Under the pieces are notes generated by a model. The model did no database searches, had not been told where the DNA came from, and saw only the letters and a list, made by a program, of their open reading frames with translations. Both the position numbers and the translations under genes were made by a program. Below, in pieces: positions 1 through 13,980 of a DNA stretch of 64,000 nt (the stretch's first letter is position 1; each line of letters starts with the position of its first letter). Origin of the DNA: Eledone cirrhosa (taxonomy: Eukaryota); contig OZ024746.1 of the NCBI GenBank assembly GCA_964016885.1, positions 14,198,001 through 14,262,000 on the forward strand. Reading direction: 5' to 3'.

Positions 1-672
1 TACATACATATACATACATATGTACATACATGTTTTGTGGAAATATTTTATTTCTTGAAGTCATTTGAAATTATTACAGAGCTATTTCTTTCAAATTTAA
101 CACGTTCTTTCTTTTGTATAGATTAACAAATTGAAATAGTCTCAGAACAACTGAAAATAATTCTCTGAAAAAAAAAGGAAAGAAAATCATCCAGAATAAA
201 ATTGGAAAAATATATTTGTGTTGTTAAGTAAAGGGAAAGAAAAATATTCTGACCAGTTTTTTTAATGTTCTCAATTTGCATGGAAGCTTGGGAGGTACAT
301 ATCGCTAATGCTAGCATATATTTTATATGTAATTTTATTGTGGATTGAATTTGCAATATGTAAAAGAATTTTTATAACTATTAAAATAAATTTAGAAAAC
401 CAAGTAAAATGTATTTACGCTTTCAATAATAACAAAGAAATGTCAAAAAATAGCCCAGTTCTTTAAAAAGAATCCATTCTCGAGATGAAGCGCCCCGTCT
501 TAACGTTTAAGTGTCTTTCAGTTATATGTTTTGTGGTGTTAACTCATCTAAAAGGATAGCAATGTGTCGTTAAAGAAAGGTTACTGTGGCCATCTATATC
601 AAATAAAAGGAGTAAAACTGGAATGTTTTGTCTGAATTGTAATAAACATCCCATACACAACATATATAATAT

Positions 673-785
673 AATTGTTTCTACTTTGGGCACAAGGCCA
701 GTAATTATCTCAGTGTATTACTGGTACTTTATTTTATCAACCTCGTAAGGATAAAAGGCAAATTTAACCTCGACGGGATTTGAAC
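673..785 (-). mobile_element. tRNA-derived Deu/Nin-domain SINE, 5'-truncated
   Basis: Reverse complement of the SINE body and tail at 1101-1292, ending at the B box. Confidence 0.85.
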
Positions 786-816
786 ACAACATATATAATA
801 TAATGATCATTCTTTT

Positions 817-819
<3 letters not shown>

Positions 820-863
<44 letters not shown>

Positions 864-865
864 AC

Positions 866-898
<33 letters not shown>

Positions 899-1022
899 CG
901 TGTGTGTGTGTGTATGTGTGTGTGTGTGTGTATGTGTGTGCGTGTGTGTGTGCGTGCGTGTGCGTGTGTGTGCGTGCGTGTGCGTGTGTTTCTGTGTGTT
1001 TATGTGTGTGTGTGTTTGTGTA
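820..1022. repeat. (TA)n-(TG)n compound microsatellite
   Basis: Direct reading. Confidence 0.95.
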
Positions 1023-1100
1023 TCCGTAGGCGCGAAAAGGAAAATGGAAAACAGTGCTCAATTGGAAAGGGAGCAGAAATATTATATTATTTATTTATGA

Positions 1101-1292
1101 GGGCGGTGGATTGGCAGTATCGGTAAGGGTCGGACGCCATGCTTTGAAGCATAGAGTTACCTCCCTTTATGATCTGAGTTCAAATCCCGCCGAGGTTAAC
1201 TTTGCCTTTCATCCTTACGGGGTCGATAAAATAAAGTACCAGTAATGCACTGGAATAATTGCTGGCCTTGTGCCAAAAGTAGAAACAATTAT
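1101..1292 (+). mobile_element. Full-length tRNA-derived SINE (Deu/Nin-type central domain)
   Basis: A box TGGCAGTATCGG, B box GAGTTCAAATCCC, central GCCTTTCATCCTTACGGGGTCGATAAAATAAAGTACCAG, tail GTAGAAACAATT; flanking TTATTTATTTATG repeat (TSD-like). Confidence 0.9.
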
Positions 1293-1726
1293 TTATTTAT
1301 GTTCATACAAGGAACAAAGGTTTCAAGAGCCAAATTTAACCGTACCTCCAGAAAACAAGAGGCATCAAAATAGGGACTTTTCTTCAAGCTTTATTACGAG
1401 TGTATAGATTACGAAAACACAAACATGTGTTTGGTCTCAAAATTCAAATTTACAGCTTGGACTTGTTTTCCTTTGTGTTATTACGTTGTTGTTGTTTTTC
1501 GTAAACAAGCGTTCTTAGCAAATTTTACTCTTAATGGTATTTTATAAAATCGTAATAGCGCCTGAAGAAAGGTCACTAATTTGATACCTCTTGTTTTTGG
1601 GGGGTATGGTCAAATTTGGGCCTTGAAACCTTGGATAGCGCCTTTATTCTTTCGCTTGTATAAACATAAATAAATAATACAATATAATATAATATAATAT
1701 AATATAATATAATATAATATAATATA

Positions 1727-1771
<45 letters not shown>

Positions 1772-1971
1772 TATGGTAGAAAGTCGATTTCTATTGTACA
1801 GTGTTCTAATGTATGTATATATATATGTATATATATATATGTATATAATAATGAGGGTTGACGGACCCAGCATATTTATCAATGCCAGTACCGGTTGTAT
1901 CTCAGCGCACTCAATGGGCAATGTAAGATACATTACCAGAGTATACACATAGTTATTTGCCTCAACACAAC

Positions 1972-2288
<317 letters not shown>

Positions 2289-2325
2289 AAAGGATAACAA
2301 GGACTCCTTCATTACATTTATTGGT

Positions 2326-2412
2326 AGGTGACGCGCGTTTCGCCACTGATCAGCTCAAGGTTCGATCTGTATCGATCTTACCCGAATCAATAATCGGCAG
2401 CTCGACGGACCC
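2326..2412 (-). ncRNA. Degenerate type I hammerhead-like motif
   Basis: Minus strand: GGGT-CCGTCGA-long stem II-GAAA-CGCGCG-TC-ACCT, then AATAAA. Confidence 0.6.
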
Positions 2413-2574
2413 TTTAAAATGCTATAAGAAAATGAATACATGCTATGTGATAAAGTCAGAAGTTCATGAGTTGGACAATATGAGTTGTTTTGATTGGTGG
2501 AAAAGATCATAGGGATGTATTGGCCTGTAGTGTATGTGGGGGTGGATGTGATGATAAGATGGTGGTGACGGTCG

Positions 2575-2607
<33 letters not shown>

Positions 2608-2619
2608 TCATTTTCATTC

Positions 2620-2951
2620 ATTTCATTTTACATCCGCTTTTCCCTGCTTGCAAGGGTGGGACGGGAACTGATTCTGGCTTGATTTCTACAGCTGGATGCC
2701 CTTCCTAACACCAACCTCATTTACAGTGAGTGGTGGGTGCTTTTTTTTCCGTGGCGCCTCCACAACCACTTTGCAGTGGAATGATAGGGACCCGAGTCCT
2801 TATCATCTAGTAAACTGGATCATGAGTAAACTGGAGCAATGTGAAATAAAGTGTCTTGCTCAAGGAAACAACACATCACCCGGTCTGAGAATTGAACTCA
2901 CAACCTTTCGATTGCAAGGCGAATGCTCTTACCACTAAGCCATGCGCCTCC
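2620..2951 (-). mobile_element. CORE-type tRNA-derived SINE
   Basis: Minus-strand head TGGCTTAGTGG...GAGTTCAATTC and CORE-like TCCTTGAGCAAGACACTT. Confidence 0.75.
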
Positions 2952-3271
<320 letters not shown>

Positions 3272-3298
3272 AGAATGCTTTGCAGCTGGCTTTCAAAT

Positions 3299-3337
3299 AC
3301 TGCTGACATTAACGTTTCCTCTCAATTCTTTCGGAGG
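3299..3337 (-). ncRNA. 3' half of a hammerhead-like motif
   Basis: Minus strand: CTC..GAG-GAAA-CGTTAATG-TC-AGCAG; no CUGANGA box. Confidence 0.35.
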
Positions 3338-3377
3338 TCGATTTTTTTTTTTTATGCTGTCCTTAAGTACCAAAGAA

Positions 3378-3458
<81 letters not shown>

Positions 3459-4002
3459 ACATGTAGCAAAACGGAAGAAAATGATAACGAGGGTAGAATT
3501 CTTTTTTAATTTAACGCAACAAGTGAAGTGGATTAGGATTTTTACATCCTCAATTATTATCTCATAGCGACGTGCGTAATGTGACTACACATTCAACATT
3601 AGTTGATATTTTTGGAAAAGTTAATGTTATTTTGATGGCTAGTATTGATCGTCTTTGGAATGTAAATAATTTAAATCTCTTAGAAATGATTAGGATGGAG
3701 AAGCTGAACATATAGGAAGTCATTTGTAATTTATTCATATCCTATCACATGGAGACATTAAGATGTTTTACTATCTTCTGATTGACATAATCAAATGAAA
3801 CACGCATAACACTATCATTGTATAATGCTCATATGCATATTCAATATGCGACAATAATATTTGTATATCGGTCTCTTATTTCAAGTAAAAGAAATACAAA
3901 TAATAATATGATTTTTTTAAAAATATTTTAAGCCAAATGACCATAATCAAAACATAATTTTAACATACTGCAGAGTTTTTTTCTTTTATTTCTTATTTGC
4001 AG

Positions 4003-4095
4003 AACTTATTTTAAAGAGATACTCGCTTGATTTTATTCATCATCAAGCTGAATGGATTGAGACTGTATTTTATAACTACATTACAGTCTGGGTTG
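4003..4095 (+). CDS. Candidate internal coding exon (93 nt, phase 1-1), product unknown
   Basis: Pyrimidine tract + TTGCAG acceptor, G|GTAAGT donor, open frame LILKRYSLDFIHHQAEWIETVFYNYITVWV. Confidence 0.4.
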
Positions 4096-5469
4096 GTAAG
4101 TATAAGATTCGAAACACCATGGATCTATTACACATCATACTTTCTAATTACTGTTAGAGTAGGCTATGTTATACCTATCCTTGCAATTCGATGGGTTTGA
4201 ACTATTGTGAGTGGGGGATTCACTGTCATTTTTTTCCTGTTGTTGATGTGGGTATCTTCTCCATCATGTTATCTCAAACTGGGCTATGGGAAGGACTTTC
4301 TTATGATTCCACCATCTTGTTTGGTACTACCCTAGCAGCAATAGCATCTGTGATTTGTTGGTTTCCTGTTCGTAAGATTTTTGAAGAGGAAGAAACTTTT
4401 ATATAACTTTTATTATCGCACGTGTAGCAACTATACTTTCTGACCTAAATGGTCGGTTCCTGCGTTTTCATTTCAGCACCTGCTACACTGTCAAATTCAA
4501 ATACTGTTTTGTGCTTTTTAGGGTTATGAAGGGCTGTATTTCTATGGTGAACCAATTGTAAATATATCACTAAATGTTACGTCTATATCACCCCCTTACC
4601 CACAATGCACTACGAAGTCAACATCGTTACCAATGTCCTCAAAGGTGACACGTGTTTCTCTGTCACATGTGGCGGGGTTCGTTTACGGGCAGGTATACTC
4701 AAAATAAAGATCCTAATGAAAGGCCAAGAGAATGTCAAGTGGATTGCGACTGTAGAAGGATTGCTGGGCTAAGAGTATGAAAACATAAAGGCCGCACTTC
4801 CAGTTAATTAGCAGTTAAACCTCACCAAATATGTAATTTTTCCCAGTCTAATGTTGGATACGTTTCCGACAGACCTTGCATATTAGACATCTGCACAGTT
4901 GAATAGTATTTTCTATGCATTATATACTACGTGTATGTGTTCCTTTGTGTATGTCTGTGGAGGTCTTGTTAGTACTTGTATGAGTATTATTCTAGTGAAC
5001 AGATTGTTTTATTAAATGTTGACAATTGTTTAAGTTTTGAAGTGTTTTTGTTTTTGTCTGAAAGATGTAAAGCAAATGTAAAGCAAATGTAACAATGTTT
5101 TGTGGGTTTTTTAATCTCTAAAATGACTTTCTTTAGTTTCAAAACCCAATCTCAAATAAAGTCACTTGTCAGACAAGTATAGCTCCAATATTATTAATAC
5201 ATAACATTGTTGCAGATTATTTTGAAAAATGTGAGGTGTATATTTGATTAAATTCTTAGGCCTCTATAAATGATTCCTTAAAGCCACATACAAAGGTGTT
5301 TGTTGCTTATAACTAGAAATGAATGTTAGAAATATTCAGATATAATGCATACAAAAATTACAATGATGTATCTGCAATTATTCCCACGTGACGTTGTGCT
5401 CTTTTGTAAATATCAGTTGAATTATCAGTAGCCTAAGAGAGGGAGAGACGGGGGAGGGATTGAATAAGT

Positions 5470-5474
5470 GAGAA

Positions 5475-5555
<81 letters not shown>
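5470..5555. repeat. (GA)n microsatellite
   Basis: Direct reading. Confidence 0.95.
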
Positions 5556-5556
<1 letters not shown>

Positions 5557-6539
5557 GGGGTATTGAATAAGTGAGTGAGTGAGAGAGAGGGAGAGAAAGG
5601 TTTTGAGTGGAAGAGAAAGGGTGAGTTGGTGGTAGAGAGTAAGTGAGAGAGAGAAAAAGTAATTTAAAAGGCAGTAAAAATACCTGTATTTTAGTTTAGA
5701 AAAGAAAATTCATAAAGAACCTGAGGAACTGTTCTGGTATAACGGATTGAACGTTTTAATAAAAGAAAGTGAGTACAAACGTATTCAGTTCCAATATTTG
5801 TTCTATAATGAAAGTGAAAATTATATCAGTAGAAGTTTGCTAACACACAACATATAAATATGACTCTTAATAATATATATTCACTCGATTTCCCAAACCG
5901 TAAAACCATTTAAAGCCAAACAATAAGATGAGAGAAAACTGATAATACATCAACTATAGAAGCAAGATATCAGCTATAATGGAAGTACATTCATTGAACG
6001 TACTAAAGGTAAGGATTGGTAGTTGCTGGTATAAAATATCCACATGAATGAAACAAAGAAAAATATTAACTAATGTAAAGCTTATATTTCATACTAGAAG
6101 AGGTTTAGTTTCAACAAATGAAACAGTAATATAGATGACAATAATGACAAATCACCATCAGCTTTTAAAAAAGCTGCGACAATCCTTAATGTAAAATTCA
6201 TAAAATGCTGTAGAATCATATATATATATTTAAAAGATCCAGGTTATTAATTGAATTTAGTACTGTCGACTTGAGCTTATAATTAGATTATAATTAGAAA
6301 CATACTCCTACAGTTCTCTATTTGAAACTACTTCTTTAAACGAAGATCATACACAATATCCATTTAGTATGAAACCAAACGATGAACAAAAGATTATCGC
6401 ATTACGTTACAGATAATACACGGTTGGTTAACTATGCTACATACTAATGTGCAGATACTAATAATTACCAAGTAATTGAATAAGAATAAAAACAGAAATA
6501 GTAGATTAAACCTAACAATCTGGAAAATACCAACTTAAT

Positions 6540-6945
6540 TAATTCTAATTTAAGCACAGGGCCAACAATTTGTGGAGAAGGGAAAGTTGCTTGACTGTGC
6601 TTGACTGGTACTTTATTTAATCGACCGAAGTGGTGTTTTAGGTAAAGTTGACCTAAGTGGGATTTTAACTCCGAAATTAAATTAAAACGCCCGAACACAT
6701 AATAGCTCTCCGTCGCTCTAATGATTCTGCCAATCCCCCACCCTTATAATGGTTTCTAATTTAGACACAAGCCCAACAATTTAAGGGGAAGGGGAATTCT
6801 ATTAATATCGATCCAAGTACTTAACTGTTTCTTTATTTTATCGACATCGGAAGGATGAAAGTTAAAGTTGAACTCGGCGGGATTTGAACTCAAAACATAA
6901 ACGTCAGTAAATACCTCAAAGCATTTTGTCCGATGCTCTATGGCC
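6540..6945 (-). mobile_element. Two adjacent older copies of the Deu/Nin SINE
   Basis: Two diverged matches to the SINE body (about 6540-6745 and 6746-6945). Confidence 0.75.
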
Positions 6946-7129
6946 CTTAGTAAATCTATTTCAAAACGCCGTTTTGGTACACTAGAAATATAATATATTC
7001 AATTTAAATGTTTCCTCAACTCTGAGATGGAAGGTAACCCTCTCGTGTTTTTCACAGATCGTTTGATACATATTCCTAACAGACACATGAACATTGACAG
7101 TGAGGGAAAACAATGGAGCATCATATTTA

Positions 7130-7292
7130 ATAATTGTTTCTACTTTAGGCACAAGGCCAAAAATTAGCCGAGTGCATTACTGGTGCTTTATTTTATCGAC
7201 CCCGTAAGGATGAAAGGCAAAGTTAACCTCGGCGGGATTTGAACTGAGAAAGTAAAGGACTATAACTCTATGCTGCAAAGCATGTTGTCTGT
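7130..7292 (-). mobile_element. Deu/Nin SINE
   Basis: Match to the 1101-1292 sequence. Confidence 0.85.
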
Positions 7293-8028
7293 GGTAATAA
7301 TGAATATATGAGGCGTAATTGTATGAAAAAACAAGCAAACTTAGAAAATGGAAGAAAAACTTATAATAATAAAAATCGATAAAGACAAGATAGAGAACAT
7401 ATGTAAATATAAAAGCTCATTTTCCTATATCCAGACGTGACGCAGTTACAACGTTATCGTCAAAGTGAGAGTCAACTGAGACATAAGAAAATATCCGAAA
7501 TTGTACAGGAAAAAGATATTACAACTTTTGAAGATTATTGTCTGTTTTATAGAAATAGAAAAGAAAAAGAAAAGAAATAAATAAAACTAAATGAACATTT
7601 CAAAAGGTATAAAATACTACATAATGAAATGCTAGAGACAGTAGAAAAAAAGTTTAAGCGCAAGTTATTGAATATGGTTCAAGCTTATATCAGCAAACCA
7701 ATCTGATATCCTATATATCAGCGAGGGAGTAAAATAAACAACAGAACTTGTGATGGAATATAAAATAAGGGAAAGCCGATATTCGTAACATAGTATAGTA
7801 CGATAGTAGAAACAACTAAGAGAGTTGATCCTTTTTCTTAAATGGAACCATATCACACTGATCTGTGTTCGAATGTTACCACTGTGTTTTCATTTAAATT
7901 TTATTTACACCAATTATATATTGCGTCTTCAATTGACTCTTGATAGCCTATGTATAAATGTGGTTTCCTGTTTTATTGAACAGGATTATCAATGATGATT
8001 GTGTTATTAATATTAATTTTATTCGACA

Positions 8029-8948
8029 CTAGCAGCACTACCCAGCGTTGCCTGGGTAGGTAAAATAATATCTGCTTTGATGAAAAGGTGTTGATCTTAG
8101 TGTTTTCTTGAAAATTGATCGTAAGGTGTAGCAAATGGCGAAATGTTGAGTGAAATCGTATGGAATATGTGGGAGGTGGAAAAATTCGTATTTTGAAGAG
8201 TTAAACGGCTGCCAAGCTGTCTCTGAACAAAAAATGCAAAGTGTAAAGCTACTATAAGATGTGCAATGATAGGTTCTATCGTAGTATAAAAGTTGAACCA
8301 AATAAATTGATTTATGTGTGGGATGGAGCCGAAGTTTCGAATTTGAACGAAATCGGTTGAAAAATGTGGGAGCTAGAGCCGACAAGGCGAACATTTGAGC
8401 AAAAAGGTAGTATTTTCGAATATTTAAGCGGCTGTCACGCCGTTCCTGAACAAAAAATCCAAAATGTAAAGCCACTTTAAGACGTGAAATAATCAGATTT
8501 AGCGTAGTGTAAAATTTGAACAAAGTAGGTTGATTAATATGGTAGCTAGAGCCGAAAAAGTGGAAATTTGAGTCTAAAAGTGGTATTTTTGAATATTTAA
8601 GCGGCTACCACGCCGTCCCTGAACAACAAATGCAAAATATAAAGCCATTGCAGGATGTGCAATGATAAATTCTATTTTGCTTTAAAATTTGAACGAAATC
8701 GGTGGCAAAATGTGGGAGCTAGAGCCTAAAATCTTATTGACCCCCCCCTATCGATTTTTATCTGCAGAATGACCCTGGAATAAAAGAACGATACGCTGGT
8801 ATATAGAAAACACTCCCCGATGACTATTCTATGGGCCTGTAAAGTTTCATAATAATCGGTCGTAAGATGTAGGCCCCTATAGGCAATACACAGACACACA
8901 GACACACAGACAGACACACACACATGCTTAATTTTATATATATACAGA
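8029..8948 (-). mobile_element. Non-autonomous Helitron
   Basis: Minus strand starts TC and ends in hairpin ACCCAG-GCAACG-CTGGGT + CTAG, inserted between A and T; internal ~180-220 bp repeats at about 8201, 8423, 8596; second copy at 57696-58500. Confidence 0.8.
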
Positions 8949-8974
8949 TGTTATTGGTATTATTTGTCTGAAAA

Positions 8975-9163
8975 GGGCGGTGAATTGGCACTATCGTTAG
9001 AAGGTCGGACGTCATGCTTAGCAGCATGGAGTTACGGGCCTTTACAATCTAAGTTCAAATCCCGCCGAGGTTAACTCTACCTTTCATCCTTACGGGGTCG
9101 ATAAAATAAAGTACCAGAAATGTACTGGGTAATTGCTGGCCTTGTGCCAAAAGTAGAAACAAT
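8975..9163 (+). mobile_element. Deu/Nin SINE
   Basis: A/B boxes, body and tail. Confidence 0.88.
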
Positions 9164-9309
9164 TAGTTGTTTGAAATCATGGTTTCGATAAATAATTAAT
9201 ATAAATTTCTTACATTGGCACAGGACAACGTATTTGATTAAATCGACTGGCTCTTTAATGTATCAACTCCATATAAAAGAATGAAAGTTAACATTGACTA
9301 CTTTCCAAG

Positions 9310-9650
9310 AAAAATATCTTGGACATTAGGATTGTGTGAGTAGAAAATAGAAGGGAATATTTTAAAAAGCTGCAAAAAGTAGATTATAAAATAAATTGAG
9401 GGATTCAGCTCAACAGCACAAGACCAGGCCCTATGGAGAAAGTGAACCAGGAGAATATTAGATAAGCCAGACTATTCACCCAATTTAGAATGTAGAACGT
9501 AACTAATTAAACTATAGCTCACATAATTTCAGTATGCTCATAGTTGAAAATATGTACAAAAAATGCAGACAATAAAATAGCGACATTAATTCACTGGCGT
9601 GTTTGCAGGAAATTTAGCTTTCTATGCGCGGAAAAACTCTATGATACTTT
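9310..9650 (+). mobile_element. Decayed fragment of an RLE-type (R4/Dong-like) LINE
   Basis: Remnant AQDQAL...TIAHIISVC...IATLIHWRVC parallels the 53700-53990 segment. Confidence 0.55.
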
Positions 9651-11584
9651 TATGGGGACACATGAATGGTCAAGAAAACAAGGGAGATTACTATTCAGAA
9701 ACTCAGGATCTTTGTTGGTAGTATCGGATGAAATGAAAATGCGACGCTGTTTGCCTGATTGCAACTTCACTTTACAATGTTTTGCTCCCTAACTTCATTA
9801 CTTCCCACAGGAAAAAGAAATTGTATATTTTTCAATAGATCTCGTATGTAATACTTTACAAAACATCAGTATATGTCTATGCTGTCTCATCTGCAGTTAA
9901 GATAACGTATATGAATGACTTTTCTGTCAGTTGATGAGAGTATCTAATCTTCAATATCTAACTAAATAGATTATTTCATCTCATGAGATCTGTATATCTG
10001 AGAGTGGAAGCATTCTTATCAACCTCTTCAAACAAAATTATTTTTAATCGGAACACATTTTTACCCAGCTAACTTTGCCCTCGAGACAGCTATAAGTTTT
10101 GTTCCTCCTCTAAATACCATCAGGTAAAATATATTAGATATCGGTAAAATGCTTTATTTAATATAATATAATTCAGTTTTCCAGGAGACTTTCTATTTAC
10201 TATCATTCAGCATTTAATCATAAAAATATTTCTCTCACTATTTTAATGTATTTCTGTTTAAAGAAATAAAATTAAAATAAAAAAAGTATGCAAGGCCTTT
10301 CTACATGTGTTCGAAATATAAGAAAACAATTCTGTTTCATTTCTATTTTCAGAATATATTTAATGTAATTACTTTTATGTTAAACCGATATTTGAAACTA
10401 TGTATTGAAATCGCTGCTGGGAATGTCATTAAGCGGAAGGAAACATTTGTATTCTATATAATACTTCTCTTAGAAATTGTACCTGTAGCATTGGCGAAGT
10501 TTGTATTAAATAATTGGAAATTCAAACGAAAAGATTCCTCGCGAAGTAACTAAAAATAAAATAAAATACTAAAAATAAAACAGGAAAATAGAAGTTTTGG
10601 AATAAAGGAAATTCATAAAAAAATTCTCTTGTCAGTTATATTGCTTTCTACGTTTGACAGCAACTGCTATGAAACGTCGATCATTGTTATTGAAATATTT
10701 CCTTCAACTTTCCTTCGTTGAAATAGCATCTCTGCTATGAATTTTGTCTTTAATGAAACTTCATTTCAAGGGGAAAATGCCTTTGAAACGCCTCAATATG
10801 CACATCAATATTAACGTCCTGTTTCATTAAATTGTTTGAATTCCTATTAAAAACGTGTTTTGTGAATAATTTGCGCAGTTAAAACCTGGATATGTTGAGT
10901 GGGATCTAGTAAATCTCTGGCTGAAAGGAGCAACATGAATTCCACTTTATCCGTAATGACTTGTTTAAGAGTAAAATAAATTCTCTCTTCATGTTTTACA
11001 TGCTTGACACGACCGGTGCATAAAATTTAGTGTCAACTTATACATAAAGATCATTAGCCTTGACAAGACATTCAAAACATGGAATTAAAGCCAATATATA
11101 ATGTGTAGGGATGATCTCATTATGTTAATAATTTTGTCGTTTAGAGATGTATTTCTCTCCGGATGGATGAAATATATCTGAACATCACTCCTCTGCTTAA
11201 CTTTCGAAATGAAATGCTTTCTAGGACTGGAGAATGCAAAAAAGAATTCAGTGCAGTTTGTTTTGAACGTCATAATAAAGAAAAATTTGGTTTAATGAAT
11301 TATGTCACATATTTCTTAAAGATAATCTTCATTATTTTATTTTCATAATATTGCCGACATCTGTAAACTAAAACAGTAATAGAGAACATTGTCAAATATT
11401 ATTTAATATTTTAAATTAAATAGTGCGTCTCCATACCTACAAATGTTTGAACTATAGTTTATGGGTTCGTTTCTCACGCAAGCTGATGACCATTTTTTCC
11501 ATTCGTAGAGGGAGGAGCTCATTCGCCCTGGTATTTGACTATTTTCTGTAGACAAACATGCGTCTTCTAAACAAGCGTGATCGT

Positions 11585-11905
<321 letters not shown>

Positions 11906-12134
11906 TTACTGAGTGTTTTTTAAGCTCAATGCAGAGCTGTTTTATATATATATATATTTACACCAGTCCAGCCTCCTGTTGTTTTATTTATAATAATTAA
12001 CTCCGTATTAGCACCACCAACTACACAAACGAAGACGGGTGAACTGCACTACGTTGAGTACTCTCCATAATATTACATCAAGATTGACCATACGGAATGA
12101 CCAATTCTACCCAGTGGCGAACCAACAAACCTAA

Positions 12135-12179
<45 letters not shown>

Positions 12180-12264
12180 GGAAAATTTGAACAGGAACAA
12201 AACAGAGAGGCAGTACAACGAATGTTTATTAATTTCACGCTCTTGAGAGTGGGGTGGTTGTGGG

Positions 12265-12346
<82 letters not shown>

Positions 12347-12963
12347 ACACAAACATGCATGCACCCATATATGCATAGATATAAAAAAGCGTAATTCCAA
12401 TAAGATCATATAATGGATCTTTGCTCACACGAAAATGTATTTACCGATACATGAATGCTTTTATATATGGTGTGTATACGCAACTAAATTGTGTTGTATC
12501 CCCATACATCTGTATTTAAATGGTAATATATGCATGGCATGCGCTCTTCCTCTCACGGAGCGAAGCCTATCACTGTATGCATTTTGCAGATCAGCGGTTA
12601 CAATCATTGAAAGCAAATAACCTGTGTACAAGTATAATAAATTCGATGAATCCTAAAATGAATACAGAAAAATTTGCTGACTCGGGTCTAATTATTTACA
12701 TGTGCTTGAATCTGTGCATATCCAATATTAAATAACATAAAATTAAGATTTAAATGTTCTTCATATTAAAGCACACAGGTCCTTTCACAAAACCATACAT
12801 ACTCCTTACATGTCCTTACCCGATATTTATAAGATACTTTAGGGGAACTGACTGTAATTGTTGTTATTTACTGCGCTTGAACATCCTACATCTATGAATC
12901 TATATATATATATATATATTCTTACATAGTCTTATGTGCTAATGGTATGTATATATATATATA

Positions 12964-13228
12964 TATTTATTAAAATAACAGATTAAAGTTTAAGCAAAGA
13001 ATCGCTGCTTTCACCCTTAACGGGATCTTCTGAAACTAGCAAAGTCAATCTGTAAACGCATTGACTTTGCTAGTTTCAGAAGATCCCGTTAAGGGTGAAA
13101 GCAGCGATTCTTTGCTTAAACTTTAATCTGTTATTTTAATAAATATTTGCTCTACGGTTCTTATATATTTGATATATATTTATCCTTATCGAGCCCTCTT
13201 TGGATTTTAGTCTTCAAATTTATTATTA

Positions 13229-13235
<7 letters not shown>
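12964..13235 (+). mobile_element. HHR element family B, fold-back palindrome with 3' tail ending in (TA)n
   Basis: Arms about 12964-13049 and 13060-13146; tail TCTTCAAATTTATTATTATAACTA shared with 16041, 29700, 31860, 49175. Confidence 0.8.
13072..13122 (+). ncRNA. Hammerhead-like motif with CAGAAGA (U4A) core
   Basis: AGTTT-CAGAAGA-TCCCGTTAAGGGT-GAAA-GCA..TGC-TT-AAACT; mirror copy 12987-13037. Confidence 0.65.
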
Positions 13236-13293
<58 letters not shown>

Positions 13294-13349
13294 AAATGTT
13301 CGCTCTACATGGCTGAATACAATAAATGTAATCTGAGTTTTTCGAATAT

Positions 13350-13782
13350 TAATAATAACATTCGATTCGTTTGCAATTATGCAAACAAGCCTCAATTTTA
13401 TAGCCATGTCAGTGAATGAACCCTTCCTTCTTGCTCTTCATATTTGAATTTGGCAAAGCCGGCCATTTATCGCTCGTATACAGGAAACTGACTGGCCAGC
13501 CTTATAATATGCAGATCTGACTGATCAGCCAGTCTGCTAATATGCAAATCAGGCCAATCAGTCACTGTGTATTTTTGAAAATAGCATATATTTTCACAAG
13601 CTCTGACAGTTTGGCAGGTGAACAGTGAGCTGTACTGATGAAGGGTGATACCCAGAAACATTAGTGTCTGCAATTCTGTTCACATGCCAACACAAGAGCA
13701 AGAATGAAGGGTTCATTCTACTGACATGGCTCTAAAATTGAGACTTGTTTGCATAATTGCAAACGAATTGAATGTTATTATT
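13350..13782 (+). mobile_element. Penelope-like terminal remnant with inverted 3' segment
   Basis: Inverted repeat about 13350-13438 / 13694-13782 enclosing an HHR. Confidence 0.7.
13619..13682 (+). ncRNA. Type I hammerhead ribozyme, canonical core
   Basis: TGAACAG..TGTA-CTGATGA-AGGGTGATACCCA-GAAA-CATTAGTG-TC-TGCA..CTGTTCA; GUC site at 13666-13668. Confidence 0.85.
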
Positions 13783-13788
13783 TGGAAA

Positions 13789-13980
13789 GGGCGGTGGATT
13801 GGCAGTTTCGGTAGAGGGTCGAACGCCATGCTTTGACGCATTGAGTTACGGCCCTTGCCATTCTGAGTTCAAATCCCGCCGAGGTTAACTTTGCCTTTCA
13901 TCCTTACGGGGTCGATAAAATAAAGTACCAGTAATACACTGGGATAATTGCGGGCCTTGTGCCAAAAGTAGAAACAATTA
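13789..13980 (+). mobile_element. Deu/Nin SINE, full length
   Basis: A/B boxes, body, tail. Confidence 0.9.

Noticed and set aside
1101-1190. Pol III A/B boxes as tRNA genes
   Set aside because: They are SINE heads with no full cloverleaf.
11478-11570. CTGATGA...CAAACATGCGTC possible decayed HHR
   Set aside because: GAAA is mutated and stems I/II do not pair convincingly.
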